A stretch of 64,000 nt of DNA, from assembly GCA_965112735.1 (NCBI GenBank), contig OZ218964.1:1736001-1800000 (forward strand), in the 5' to 3' direction. The position numbers and the translations under genes were made by a program. A model generated the notes under the pieces. The model had not been told where the DNA came from and did not search any database. It saw nothing but the letters and a program-made list of their open reading frames with translations. The DNA comes from Phaeosaccion multiseriatum. Lineage: Eukaryota; Protista; Ochrophyta, other classes. Numbering within the stretch: the first letter of the stretch is position 1; the number at the start of each line of letters is the position of its first letter. Below, in pieces: positions 63,588 to 64,000 of the stretch.

Positions 63588-64000
63588 GGCAGTCGTGAGA
63601 AGGAGAAGGAGTAGGTGGTGTTTACTTGGGGCAGGCTACAATGGGTGGGTGGATGTGATGAGGACCCCCCGGGGGCGAATATGCCTCCATCCAATCGTCT
63701 CCGATCCCCAAAGAGAGAGAGGAAAAGGTATGCCTTTTGCGACGTGCGTTGCTGCTGCGCTGAGGCACCATGCCCGTAAGACTGGCTCGTCGTCCACATC
63801 TGTGTCGTGGGCAAGGTTTCACGCCAGAAACGGAGAGAATGGTGCCTTGGGCCGCAGGTGCGCAAGGGCTGCGGCAGCGGCGCCAGCAAGACAAGAGCAC
63901 ACAGGGAGAGAAGAAGAGCGCGGGGCCTCGTCTGGGAGACGAGCAGGTATCCCCGGGGCGGATGCTACAGTGAGCCCATCGCAGCGCTGGATGTCGTATT

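Overview
GC-rich, intron-rich eukaryotic nuclear DNA. Two proteins carry signal peptide + ASAF-type plastid-targeting presequences, so the source is probably a photosynthetic stramenopile (ochrophyte); this is inferred. Twelve protein genes were reconstructed by hand across GT-AG introns. In order: HHIP-like/HIPL (GSDH beta-propeller) membrane protein, running off the left edge; TAF2; EFG1; a ~1,710-aa plastid-type PPR-SMR protein; a VHS-GAT (TOM1-like) adaptor; SmD3; proteasome beta-4 (PSMB2); an EEP-fold phosphoesterase; an uncharacterised 850-aa protein; a giant (~2,876 aa, 18 exons) cellulose-synthase-like GT2; an MGCC-anchored TKL-type kinase; a plastid-type M16A insulinase; and NAC-alpha. 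The 850-aa protein is a single ORF and brings the total to thirteen. Non-genic content: a family of short TC[GA][GA]CCCC-ended MITE-like elements, a decayed copia/chromovirus chimeric integrase, many microsatellites, and a candidate intronic H/ACA RNA. The standout is the GT2, whose non-canonical CesA-like catalytic core sits behind a ~2,150-aa coiled-coil/disordered arm carrying about 14 RRxS sites. All family assignments come from motif recognition; no searches were run.
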